A stretch of DNA of 64,000 nucleotides from Candidatus Vogelbacteria bacterium. GTDB lineage: Bacteria > Patescibacteriota > Minisyncoccia > Phycocordibacterales > XYD1-FULL-46-19. Position 1 is the first letter of the stretch, and each line of letters opens with the position of its first letter. The stretch spans positions 16,293-80,292 of the forward strand of contig CAIPHT010000007.1 in the NCBI GenBank assembly GCA_903864935.1, in the 5' to 3' direction. The notes beneath the pieces were generated by a model. The model was not told the origin of the DNA and did no database searches. It worked only from the letters and a program-made list of their open reading frames with translations. Below, piece by piece: positions 55,075-63,797 of this stretch. The position numbers and the translations under genes were made by a program.

Positions 55075-55546
55075 AATTTGCGGGGAATCTTTTAAAACAA
55101 AACCCTCTTTTGTTGAGAAGGGGCAGGGGATATATTGCTCGAATACTTGTCATTATCGAGACAAGAAGGGTGAAAAAATTAAATGTTTTGTCTGTGGCCA
55201 GGAAACATACCGGCCTATTTCTCGACTTGGTAATTCTAAAAGTGGAAAATATTTCTGTGGCAAGTCTTGTCAAACTAAATGGCGGAATAAGGAATTTAGC
55301 GGAGAAAAGAGTTTGATGTGGAAAAATGGTCAATCAACATATAGACGGGTAATAATAAAGAGCTCTGTTAAAAAGGAGTGTCAGTTGTGCCAAGAAAATG
55401 ATCAGAGAGTCTTGGCTGTCCACCATATCGATAAAAATCGAAAAAATTACAAAGTTGAAAATCTGGCTTGGCTGTGCCATAATTGCCATTACTTGGTGCA
55501 TCACCATGATTCGGAGATGCAAAAGTTTATGGAGGCATTGGTGTAG
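55055..55546 (+). CDS. HNH endonuclease with two N-terminal CxxC zinc-ribbons (paralog 2)
   Basis: Same architecture (CKICG...CSNTC; CFVCG...CGKSC; AVHHIDKNRKNYKVENLAWLCHNCHYLVHH); overlaps paralog 1 by 20 nt. Confidence 0.7.
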   Translation: MVIRLCKICGESFKTKPSFVEKGQGIYCSNTCHYRDKKGEKIKCFVCGQETYRPISRLGNSKSGKYFCGKSCQTKWRNKEFSGEKSLMWKNGQSTYRRVIIKSSVKKECQLCQENDQRVLAVHHIDKNRKNYKVENLAWLCHNCHYLVHHHDSEMQKFMEALV

Positions 55547-55678
55547 TAGTAGCACAACGACCTGTGGAGTCGTCAGCAAGGGTGCGACCCCCTTATGCCT
55601 CCCATCACAGATTTTCTCAATCAGCCTTTATTTTAAGGCGTCTTTTGGTTTTTGTGGACAAGGATTGTTTTTGCTGAG

Positions 55679-56344
55679 ATGGCTAGATATAATATCGGTA
55701 TGGATTTTGAGGAATTAGATGTCAAACAAGTTGAGGTAGAATTAACCGATCTAATTAAAAAGTTAAAGATTGGTGATAAAATTTCGGTCGCTTGGATTAA
55801 AGATTTTACCTACAATTTTGACGCACCGGACAATCAAATTGCTCAAAAATACTTTGGTGCGCTTTTTGATTTATTGCCCAAAAACATTAGTGAGAAAGAT
55901 TTTGAAACGGCGGTTAGGGTTTTTAATAATGCCTGGAATGCTTTTCCTCAAAAGATAATGGGTGGAATTTCGCCTCAAGAAAAAATGCTCGGAGCTAATT
56001 CCTTAGAAGAACATTTTGCTGTCGCAAAAAAAGACCTTGATAAATATTTAGATTGGGCAGGAAAAGAAGTTCTTCCTAATTACAAAAAGAGTTTGGAAAA
56101 TTTAAAATTGGACAAAATAAAAAAAAGAAATGCCGTTGGCGTAGCCGAAGTTTTATTTCAAATTTGTGGTCAGCTCGGGATGCTCGATTTTCGACGTTTG
56201 CCGCCAGATTTTATTAAAGATTTCCCTGAAATTTTTAAGAAGGAGGTGGTCGGTCCAAAAATTTCTCAGGAGAAAGTGGCGGAATATTTAGGTAATTTTC
56301 TAGCATTTTTAGACTTATTTTATGGTATCAAAGCTGTTGACTAA
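55679..56344 (+). CDS. hypothetical protein
   Basis: ORF in frame with track entry 55652..56344, start set at MARYNIG; no family recognised. Confidence 0.45.
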   Translation: MARYNIGMDFEELDVKQVEVELTDLIKKLKIGDKISVAWIKDFTYNFDAPDNQIAQKYFGALFDLLPKNISEKDFETAVRVFNNAWNAFPQKIMGGISPQEKMLGANSLEEHFAVAKKDLDKYLDWAGKEVLPNYKKSLENLKLDKIKKRNAVGVAEVLFQICGQLGMLDFRRLPPDFIKDFPEIFKKEVVGPKISQEKVAEYLGNFLAFLDLFYGIKAVD

Positions 56345-56424
56345 GATAATCCGTCCACCTCTTGTCTTTCTCTTTTGTAAATAGTAGTATCGATTTGGAT
56401 AAACAAACAAGAAAGGAGGTGCCC

Positions 56425-56793
56425 ATGGCATCGCTTAAGGAATTGGTAGACCTTTTCAACAATGGCGCTCTTGGCAAAATGCTGGCCGAGAGGTTCCATG
56501 GAGAGCGGGGTCACGTGTACCCCCGCCAAGACTCGGAGTTTGTGATTGGCTTCGCTTCGGAGGAAGCGACGCCATCAGGTGAGGCGATTGGGATAGCTGT
56601 GACCGAGTTTTACCAAGGTCTTGGTTATGTGGTCAAAGTGCTCAGGTATAATGATCCAGACGTCTTCGTCGCCAATGTTTATTGTCCGAAGGAGAATTTT
56701 GGAGTTATCCTGGTGAATATTACGACGAAGTACCCCATCTCCCTTGGTGGACCACACGACCATCTTCGGGTGATGACCAATGCCACAATCTGA
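56425..56793 (+). CDS. GC-rich cassette protein, paralog family member (short form)
   Basis: RBS AAAGGAGG 7 nt upstream; MASLKELVDLFNNGALGKMLAERF...DVFVANVYCPKENFGVILVNITTKYPISLGG. Start set at the internal Met of track ORF 56362..56793. Confidence 0.5.
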   Translation: MASLKELVDLFNNGALGKMLAERFHGERGHVYPRQDSEFVIGFASEEATPSGEAIGIAVTEFYQGLGYVVKVLRYNDPDVFVANVYCPKENFGVILVNITTKYPISLGGPHDHLRVMTNATI

Positions 56794-56858
56794 TCCCCAC
56801 GCCTTTCTTGCGCGGCTTCTCTGTAATCAGGGGGGCCGTTTTGTTTTTAATCTTTTTC

Positions 56859-57009
56859 TTATAACACCTTCTGGCCTCTAATTACTCGGATTAGAATTAC
56901 TACAAGGGCAACAACAAGAAGCAGGTGGATGAAGCCACCTAAGGTATAAGAGGTGACGAGACCCAAGAGCCAAAGCAAGATTAGAACAGCAGCAATTATT
57001 TCTAACATA
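56859..57009 (-). CDS. lmo0937-family small membrane protein (49 aa)
   Basis: Not in the ORF track. Translation MLEIIAAVLILLWLLGLVTSYTLGGFIHLLLVVALVVILIRVIRGQKVL; LLWLLG...GG.IHLLLV.A signature. Confidence 0.6.
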
Positions 57010-57054
57010 AAATTTATTTTTAAATTAAGCTATTAATTTTAAAGCCTGGGCGCT

Positions 57055-57219
57055 CAGTCATCTAAATGGCCTACCTCCACTTTCCCCCCGAACAATTGGA
57101 CAAGGATGGCGATAACCGCGATTATTAAGAGAAGGTGGATGAGCCCACCTAGGGTATAGGCAGTGGCTAGGCCAAGGAGCCAAATAATAATAAAAACAAT
57201 GGCGAGTGCGTACAACATA
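57055..57219 (-). CDS. lmo0937-family small membrane protein (54 aa), tandem paralog
   Basis: Not in the ORF track. Translation MLYALAIVFIIIWLLGLATAYTLGGLIHLLLIIAVIAILVQLFGGKVEVGHLDD. Confidence 0.6.
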
Positions 57220-57342
57220 TCTTTGTATTTAAAATTAGGCGACTAATTTAAACCTTTCTATAAACTAAAAGACGGCAAAACCTTTGATTATTACAAATCC
57301 TCCCTCGCTACCCTAAAGTTTTAAAAGGTATATTATTAGAAT

Positions 57343-57789
57343 ATGAAGAAAACAATAGGGTTAATTACGATTTTGGTAATTTTAGCTTTGGCACTAATTT
57401 ACTTATTTGTAATTAGGCAGAGTGTCCAAAGGCCAAAAGTAGTCTGCAATTATCAATATCAAGAGGCTCAATATTTCCTCGCCTCAACCACCAATTTTTT
57501 ACTTATTGATCAGGGGACAGCGCCTGACCCCAGAGTTATTATTGTCTATGACCTAAATAAGTGTGCAAAAGTTTATGAAGGGCAATACTCCAAACCTTTC
57601 GCGCTTGCCGGTGAGACAGCTACTTATTGGGACCCGATTAATGACGAAGTTAGCGATGAGAATTGTCCCAAGAACAAGGATTATCTAAAAGAGGGGTTAG
57701 GAGTTGGCCTTGAATCTCATATTGCCCTTAATCTCTCTAATTTAACAAAAAAGAGTTTGGGCGAGGTTCGCTGTTCCCCTCGGCAATAA
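57343..57789 (+). CDS. secreted hypothetical protein
   Basis: Signal peptide/anchor MKKTIGLITILVILALALIYLFVI; 148 aa with 4 Cys. Confidence 0.5.
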   Translation: MKKTIGLITILVILALALIYLFVIRQSVQRPKVVCNYQYQEAQYFLASTTNFLLIDQGTAPDPRVIIVYDLNKCAKVYEGQYSKPFALAGETATYWDPINDEVSDENCPKNKDYLKEGLGVGLESHIALNLSNLTKKSLGEVRCSPRQ

Positions 57790-57838
57790 AGTCGTGCTAG
57801 GATATAGACATATTATTAATTTATAAAATATAAGGCTT

Positions 57839-58597
57839 ATGGGTATTATTGTTGTGGTCATTATTATTGTTCTCTTCTTTTTGGCGACCTCTTTGCGCGT
57901 GGTTAAGGAGTATGATCGAGGCGTTATCTTTTTTCTCGGTAAGTGTACCGGTGTTCGTGGGCCAGGGCTTATTATCCTTATTCCGATTCTAGAACAAATG
58001 ACCAAGGTCACCTTGCGTACCATTACGATGAATATTCCATCGCAGAAGATTATTACTAAAGATAATGTCTCTATTGATATTGCCGCCGTCGCTTACTATC
58101 ACATTGTTGATGCTGAGAAGTCGGTTGTGGCGATTGAGGATGTTTATGACGCGGTGAATCAGATTAGTCAGACAACAGTAAGAAATGTCGTTGGTCGCTT
58201 TTCTCTTGACCAACTTCTTTCTCAGACCAGTGATATCAATGTTCAGATTAAGGATGTTATTGATTCTCACACTGAACCATGGGGTGCTCAAGTGACGGCG
58301 GTAGAGATTAAGGATATTCAACTTCCTGAGAACATGCAACGGGCGATGGCTAAAGAGGCTGAGGCTGAGCGTGAGCGACGAGCTAAGATTGTGGCCGCTG
58401 AAGGAGAATTTCAGGCTGCTGTTAAACTTGGTGAAGCCGCTGATATTATTGCTTCTCACCCGGTCGCCCTTCAATTGCGAACACTCCAGACCATGGCCGA
58501 GATTAGCGTGGAGAAGAATTCAACCATAATTTTCCCTGCTCAATTTATGACGACTGTCTCCGAGGCAATTAAGATGATTAAGGGGGACAATGCTTAG
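57839..58597 (+). CDS. SPFH/band-7 (stomatin-like) protein
   Basis: N-terminal TM, RVVKEYDRGVIFFLGK, SPFH core, C-terminal AKEAEAERERRAKI coiled coil. Confidence 0.9.
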   Translation: MGIIVVVIIIVLFFLATSLRVVKEYDRGVIFFLGKCTGVRGPGLIILIPILEQMTKVTLRTITMNIPSQKIITKDNVSIDIAAVAYYHIVDAEKSVVAIEDVYDAVNQISQTTVRNVVGRFSLDQLLSQTSDINVQIKDVIDSHTEPWGAQVTAVEIKDIQLPENMQRAMAKEAEAERERRAKIVAAEGEFQAAVKLGEAADIIASHPVALQLRTLQTMAEISVEKNSTIIFPAQFMTTVSEAIKMIKGDNA

Positions 58598-58630
58598 CTA
58601 GTTATAAAAAATTAAGTATATAATTATTAC

Positions 58631-59017
58631 ATGACAATAAATTATCTAGGTATCATTTTGGGGACAGCTCTTAATATTGTTCTGGCTCGAATTTGGTACG
58701 GGGTCTTCTTTAAGGATCTTTGGCGGTCTCTTACCAATCGCACGGCCACCGAGAAGCCGGATAGGTTGCAGATGGTTGTCGCCCTTATTTTTGGCTTAAT
58801 GATGTCTCTTGGGGTTAATCTTTTGGTTGGACTCTTTGCTATTGATACTCTTGCTTGGGGTTTGTTTATTGGTCTTGTTCTTGGCGTCCTCATTGTTGCC
58901 CCGATTATCTTGGGGGAGTGGATTTGGGATAAGAAAAATTTTGAACTCGCGGCCATAAACGCCGGTTTCTATCTGGTTTATCTCGTCTTAGCTTTCTTTA
59001 TCTTCGTTTTGGTTTAA
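58631..59017 (+). CDS. small polytopic membrane protein (DUF1761-like)
   Basis: 128 aa, four hydrophobic helices, WYGVFFKDLW motif; frequently paired with SPFH genes (inference). Confidence 0.5.
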   Translation: MTINYLGIILGTALNIVLARIWYGVFFKDLWRSLTNRTATEKPDRLQMVVALIFGLMMSLGVNLLVGLFAIDTLAWGLFIGLVLGVLIVAPIILGEWIWDKKNFELAAINAGFYLVYLVLAFFIFVLV

Positions 59018-59080
59018 TTTCTAAATTTTCCAAGGCCCCCGCGACAAGGGCGGAACATCCTTTGGGGTATCACATAGGTC

Positions 59081-59109
59081 TTGACAATACGCAATAAAGG
59101 GTGTATAAT
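59081..59109 (+). promoter_or_regulatory. consensus sigma70 promoter (TTGACA-N17-TATAAT) of GC-rich cassette
   Basis: TTGACAATACGCAATAAAGGGTGTATAAT; shares the GCAAT...GGGTGTATAAT core with the promoter at 38851. Confidence 0.55.
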
Positions 59110-59272
59110 TAAAAAAGATAAGTAATAAGAAGTGCTGGTTCTTTTAAAAACTGGTTGCGCCTAGCCAGCGTAATTGTTGCCCTCGTTCGGGGGATTACGG
59201 CTCTCTGTTCCATGTGGCGCAGAGGAAAGTAAAACTGGCCAAACGGCCACATTCCCCTGAAAGGAGGAAAAG

Positions 59273-59920
59273 ATGAGGCAGGTGAAATTCAAGGCGACAT
59301 GGGATCACAAACCGTTCGCCGAAATTGACGGATGGCCAGCTTGGCCAACATCGGAAGGGGTTCAGCCCATGGTCGGTGAGACATGGGAGGTGGACGTTGC
59401 TGGTGTTAAGAGCGGGATGGACAAGTGGATAAGACTTGTCCGTAAGGTAGAGGCAGAACCCGTTGCTGGGCCTGCTACTATCGTTGTCGTGAGGGACAGC
59501 AATGATATGTTGTACTCACCGACGAATTGGAAAGTCCTGATCGATGGCCAGCCATTACGGAAAGATGCGCCAGTTGTTGATGCTGTGAGGAGCATTAAGT
59601 TCGCTCTTCCGAGCAACGATCGGGCGAAGGAGTATGCGAACTCCCTGTTTCAGCTGGAGGAAGGAAGGATTTACGTTTTGATCTTTGAGACGTACAACTC
59701 GAGGAATACCCCTCGCATTGTAAGTGAAGGGGGACTGATTCGGGTGTTCGCCTATGGCGATGGTCACGGAATGTCGTGGGCGGCGTTGTTCAAGGTAAGC
59801 GAACCATCCTGGACCGTCGACTGGAATACGCCGAGCGGCAAGTACCGGATCGTTGGGTCCGGAGAGAAGTACGTTCATAAGGACGAGGAACGAAGGGTTG
59901 AAGAAGCCCCTATCGCATAA
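59273..59920 (+). CDS. GC-rich cassette protein, paralog family member
   Basis: RBS AAAGGAGG; ...GGLIRVFAYGDGHGMSWAALFKVSEPSWTVDWNTPSGKYRI C-terminal family motif; ~165-nt structured 5' leader; followed by a terminator hairpin (CCCACCAT...ATGGTGGG plus T-run). Confidence 0.55.
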   Translation: MRQVKFKATWDHKPFAEIDGWPAWPTSEGVQPMVGETWEVDVAGVKSGMDKWIRLVRKVEAEPVAGPATIVVVRDSNDMLYSPTNWKVLIDGQPLRKDAPVVDAVRSIKFALPSNDRAKEYANSLFQLEEGRIYVLIFETYNSRNTPRIVSEGGLIRVFAYGDGHGMSWAALFKVSEPSWTVDWNTPSGKYRIVGSGEKYVHKDEERRVEEAPIA

Positions 59921-60035
59921 AAACTTCATTGCCCACCATTCGAACACAGGGAAACCTCCCGTCGTGAGATGGTGGGTTTTCTTTTTAAAAAATTAAGTAG
60001 AACCTTTTTCTTATTTAAGCTATTATAGTTCTACT

Positions 60036-60641
60036 ATGTTTAATATTGTCGCTTTGGTAAAAACTTTTGGCTACTTGGGAATTTTTGGGGTTGTCTTTGC
60101 CGAGTCGGGATTATTTTTTGGTTTCTTCTTGCCGGGGGATTCGCTGGTTTTTACGGCGGGATTTTTAGCTTCGCAAAATTATCTTAATATTTACATTCTT
60201 CTTGTTGGCTTACTCATCTCAGCGGTAGTGGGGGATAATGTGGGTTATTGGTTTGGGGCGAAGGTGGGGCCAATGATTTTCAAAAAAGAGGATTCCCGTT
60301 TTTTCAAAAAACATTATGTTGAAGAAGCTCACAAATTTTTTGAGAAGTATGGGGGCAAGAGTTTGATCTTGGCGCGCTTCGTTCCCGTTGTGCGCACCTT
60401 TATCCCGATTGTGGCCGGGGTGGCAAAAATGGAATACAAAAAGTTTTTTCTCTTTAATGTTGTTGGCGGTTTGCTCTGGGCGGTGGGTCTATGTTTGGCC
60501 GGCTTTTATCTCGGGCGAGTGATCCCCGATGCTGATACTTACATTATCCCTATTATCCTTCTGATTATTGTCGTTTCTGTTTTGCCTGGCTTGGGTCACT
60601 TCGGCGGAACTTATGTCTCTCGGAAAATTAGGAAGAAGTAA
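60036..60641 (+). CDS. dedA: DedA-family membrane protein
   Basis: GIFGVVFAESGLFFGFFLPGDSLVFTAGFLA and FVPVVRTFIPIVAG motifs. Confidence 0.85.
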   Translation: MFNIVALVKTFGYLGIFGVVFAESGLFFGFFLPGDSLVFTAGFLASQNYLNIYILLVGLLISAVVGDNVGYWFGAKVGPMIFKKEDSRFFKKHYVEEAHKFFEKYGGKSLILARFVPVVRTFIPIVAGVAKMEYKKFFLFNVVGGLLWAVGLCLAGFYLGRVIPDADTYIIPIILLIIVVSVLPGLGHFGGTYVSRKIRKK

Positions 60642-60654
60642 GGTTTAAAGTTAT

Positions 60655-61350
60655 TTAATTAATTCTGTAAATAACATCCTTGCGTTCGACAATCACTGGC
60701 CACTTATTGAGTTTGGCATAACGATAGAGCTTCTCGTTAGGATTAAAGCAAATTGGCTTCTCAACAGCTTCGAGCATGGGAATGTCGGCGCTGGTATCGC
60801 CAACCGCGATCGAACCTTCAAGGGTTAGATTTTCTTTCTCGACAACGCGATGAATGATATTGGCCTTGTTGGCAATTAAGTGTTCATCAACAATGGCTCC
60901 GGTAAATTTGTCGCCCGGGCCAAGTTCGTAGAAGCGACCATAAATTTTATCAAAGCCGAGTTCTTGGCAAAAAATGTCGAGGATACCCTTGGGTGAGCCG
61001 GAGATGGCAATAAGATAATAACCACGTTTCTTAAGATTGCGAACAAGTTCGCGCGTATAGACATAAGTACGATTCTTTTTCTCGCTCATTAACTTTTTGA
61101 CCACTCCGATAAAATCGCCATAAGAGATCCCTTTAATATTCTTGTTAAAGACAGTAATTATATCTTCAATATATTTGCCATACTCGTCTTCGCGATTGAG
61201 CCACTTCTCGAAAGAGGCACGATACTCGACCCGAGCTTCGGGCGGGAAGAGGCCTTCATCAATAAGAGCTTCGGTCAGCTCAATCAACAAGCTTGAACGG
61301 AAGATGGTCCCGTCAATATCAAAAGCGGCAAATTTTTTAGGCTTCTCCAT
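60655..61350 (-). CDS. HAD-IB family hydrolase (phosphoserine-phosphatase-like)
   Basis: FAAFDIDGTIF (motif I), GSPKGILD and GDTSADIPML (motifs III/IV); start set at MEKPKK (track ORF begins 49 codons upstream, inside the divergent promoter region). Confidence 0.75.
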   Translation of the reverse strand: MEKPKKFAAFDIDGTIFRSSLLIELTEALIDEGLFPPEARVEYRASFEKWLNREDEYGKYIEDIITVFNKNIKGISYGDFIGVVKKLMSEKKNRTYVYTRELVRNLKKRGYYLIAISGSPKGILDIFCQELGFDKIYGRFYELGPGDKFTGAIVDEHLIANKANIIHRVVEKENLTLEGSIAVGDTSADIPMLEAVEKPICFNPNEKLYRYAKLNKWPVIVERKDVIYRIN

Positions 61351-61389
61351 AATCTTTAAATAATACCACAAATTTGCTACAATCAAGGG

Positions 61390-61845
61390 ATGAGAGAAAA
61401 AGCCGAAATCCTTGTTCAAAAGTATATTATAACGGCCGTTTACCTCTTTGTTTGGGCCGGGACTCTCGGCAGTCTTTATTTTAGCGAGGTCAAACATCTG
61501 CCACCTTGTTCCCTTTGCCTTATCCAGCGCGGATTGATGTATCCACTTATCCTTATTATGGGGATCGGGTTGTGGAAGAAGGATCGCTGGTTGCCTTATT
61601 ATGTCTTACCCTTCTCCATCTTAGGCCTAATTGTCTCGGGTTATCACAATTTGCTGGTTTGGCATTTAGCCCCCGCTGATCTCATTGTTTGCTCTATCCA
61701 GCTACCTTGCACCATTCAAGAATTTGCCCTTTTGGGCTTCGTCACCATCCCCTTAATGTCCTTCTTTGCTTTTGCCTTTATAACGGCGGGGATAATTACT
61801 TATGCAAAATTAACCCTTAAAATTAAGGGTCCTGGGCGGGGTTGA
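61390..61845 (+). CDS. dsbB: disulfide bond formation protein B (DsbB/BdbC-like)
   Basis: Four TM helices, PCSLCLIQR (CxxC in first loop) and CSIQLPC second Cys pair. Confidence 0.75.
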   Translation: MREKAEILVQKYIITAVYLFVWAGTLGSLYFSEVKHLPPCSLCLIQRGLMYPLILIMGIGLWKKDRWLPYYVLPFSILGLIVSGYHNLLVWHLAPADLIVCSIQLPCTIQEFALLGFVTIPLMSFFAFAFITAGIITYAKLTLKIKGPGRG

Positions 61846-61881
61846 CTTTTTAGGCGAGAAGGGGTATCATTAAGAGTAATA

Positions 61882-61903
61882 AGCCCGCGGGGGCTTTTTT
61901 TAA
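61882..61903 (+). terminator. rho-independent terminator
   Basis: AAGCCC-GCGG-GGGCTT followed by TTTTTT. Confidence 0.6.
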
Positions 61904-61947
61904 AAACTGACAATTTTAGCAATTTTATTAGCTTAATAAAAAATACT

Positions 61948-62133
61948 ATGTCTAGACTCCTCAATTACTTCAAAGATACTCGTAGCGAGATGAAGCACGT
62001 GAGCTGGCCCACCCAGAGCCAGACCATTAACTTCACAATCATGGTTCTCGCCATTTCGATTTTTACCGGCTTACTTCTTGGCTTGTTTGATGTTATCTTC
62101 CAACTTGGTCTAAAAAGTTTTATTCTAAAATAA
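61948..62133 (+). CDS. secE: preprotein translocase subunit SecE
   Basis: 61 aa, SRLLNYFKDTRSEMKHVSWPT then one TM; precedes nusG. Confidence 0.85.
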   Translation: MSRLLNYFKDTRSEMKHVSWPTQSQTINFTIMVLAISIFTGLLLGLFDVIFQLGLKSFILK

Positions 62134-62141
62134 AAATAATT

Positions 62142-62687
62142 ATGGCAAAACAAGAACTAGAACAAGGGCGTAATTGGTACGCCATCCACACCTACTCAGG
62201 CTACGAGAATGCGGTCGCCCGTAATCTTAAACAGCGTATTGAGTCTCTTGGTATGGAGAACAAAATTTTTAACGTGATTGTCCCCACTGAGAAAAAGGTT
62301 AAGGTGAAGGGAGGGAAGCGTGTGACCGAAGATGAGAAGATTTACCCAGGTTATGTCTTAGTAGATATGACGGTGACCGATGACTCTTGGTATGTTGTCC
62401 GTAATACCCCGCGAGTGACTGGCTTTATCGGCTCGGGTGTCGTCCCTGTTCCTCTTGAGAAGAAGGAGGTGGATGAACTCTTCAGTCGTATGAGTGACGA
62501 TAGTGTGAAGCATAATATTGACTTGGTGAAGGGTGAGTTGGTAACCATTGTCGATGGCCCATTTAAGGAGTTTGAAGGTAAGGTTAGTGAGACAGATGAA
62601 GTTCGTGGTAAGGTTAAGGTCTTGGTCTCCATGTTTGGTCGCGAGACCCCGGTCGAACTCGATTTCTTGCAAGTTAAGAAGATTTAA
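62142..62687 (+). CDS. nusG: transcription termination/antitermination factor NusG
   Basis: NGN domain WYAIHTYSGYENAV, KOW motif GELVTIVDGPFKEFEGKV. Confidence 0.95.
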   Translation: MAKQELEQGRNWYAIHTYSGYENAVARNLKQRIESLGMENKIFNVIVPTEKKVKVKGGKRVTEDEKIYPGYVLVDMTVTDDSWYVVRNTPRVTGFIGSGVVPVPLEKKEVDELFSRMSDDSVKHNIDLVKGELVTIVDGPFKEFEGKVSETDEVRGKVKVLVSMFGRETPVELDFLQVKKI

Positions 62688-62710
62688 GGTAAATTAGCTA
62701 AGCAACTATT

Positions 62711-63136
62711 ATGGCAACACAAAAAGTAACAAAAAAGATTAAATTACAGATTCCGGCTGGTAAAGCTACCCCAGCTCCTCCAGTTGGTACCGCTTTGGGT
62801 CCTGCTGGCGTGAACATTGGTGATTTCGTTCAGAAGTTCAATGCGGCCACCGCTGAGATGGCTGGCAACATTATTCCGGTTGAATTATCTGTCTACGCCG
62901 ACCGCAGTTTCGACTTTATTCTTAAGACCCCACCAGCCGCCAATCTCTTGATGAAGGCTGCCGGTATTGAGAAAGGTTCTGGTAAGAACTTGGTCAGTAA
63001 GTCTGGCAAAGTCACTAAGGCTCAGGTTCGTGAGATTGCTGAACGCAAGATGCCTGACCTCAACACTACCGATATTGAACAAGCCGTTCGCATGATCGAA
63101 GGCACTGCCCGCTCGATGGGAATGGAAATCAAGTAA
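62711..63136 (+). CDS. rplK: 50S ribosomal protein L11
   Basis: [37 protein letters not shown]; 141 aa. Confidence 0.95.
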   Translation: MATQKVTKKIKLQIPAGKATPAPPVGTALGPAGVNIGDFVQKFNAATAEMAGNIIPVELSVYADRSFDFILKTPPAANLLMKAAGIEKGSGKNLVSKSGKVTKAQVREIAERKMPDLNTTDIEQAVRMIEGTARSMGMEIK

Positions 63137-63155
63137 TTAAGTTTAAATTTAAAAA

Positions 63156-63195
63156 CAAAGACCTTGAACAGCTTATCTGTCAAGGTTTTTGTTTT
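63156..63195 (+). terminator. rho-independent terminator after rplK
   Basis: ACCTTGA-ACAGCTTATCTG-TCAAGGT followed by TTTTGTTTTG. Confidence 0.7.
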
Positions 63196-63219
63196 GCTTT
63201 AATTTGTTAAAATAGAGAT

Positions 63220-63792
63220 ATGAGATTAGCTGTTGTTGGTCCGCAGAATACGGGCAAGTCCACCTTTATTCAGGATTTTGTAAAAACTTTTCCTGATTAT
63301 ATTACGCCGGCCGAGACTTATCGGGACGTTATTAAACGTAAAAAATTAGACATAAATCAGAAGGGGAGCGAAGAGACACAGAAGGCCATCCGTGATTTTC
63401 TCTACAACCAGATTTGTCATAACCAGGAAAGGAATGTTCTCTTCGACCGTTGTGTGATTGATAATTATGTTTACTCGCTGGCCCTTTATGAGAAAAAACA
63501 GGCGAGTCTCGAATTTCTAAATGAGACTTTTGACATGGCCGTTAAGCATCTAGAGTTCCTTGATGGCATCATCTTCATTCCATCGGCCGTCTCGGTAAAA
63601 TTGGTCAACGACGATCTACGAGATATTGAGACAAAATATATTGATAAGATTAACCGTTTCTTTATTAAGACACTATTCCTTCTTCATAAAGACCGACCGA
63701 TTGAAGTCTTCGTTATCTCGGGGGATAGGAAGGAGAGATTAAAACTAGCTCGAGACATCTTCCACTTTATCAATTATCGTCTAAGACTGTAA
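63220..63792 (+). CDS. P-loop NTPase (AAA_28/NadR-kinase-like small ATPase)
   Basis: Walker A VVGPQNTGKSTF at N-terminus; Walker B-like VLFDRCVIDN; 190 aa. Confidence 0.5.
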   Translation: MRLAVVGPQNTGKSTFIQDFVKTFPDYITPAETYRDVIKRKKLDINQKGSEETQKAIRDFLYNQICHNQERNVLFDRCVIDNYVYSLALYEKKQASLEFLNETFDMAVKHLEFLDGIIFIPSAVSVKLVNDDLRDIETKYIDKINRFFIKTLFLLHKDRPIEVFVISGDRKERLKLARDIFHFINYRLRL

Positions 63793-63797
63793 AAATA

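Noticed and set aside
60655-61497. Long form (280 aa) of the HAD hydrolase ORF
   Set aside because: The upstream 49 codons run through the divergent dsbB promoter region and precede the canonical HAD motif I. The internal Met at 61350 gives a typical HAD-IB length.
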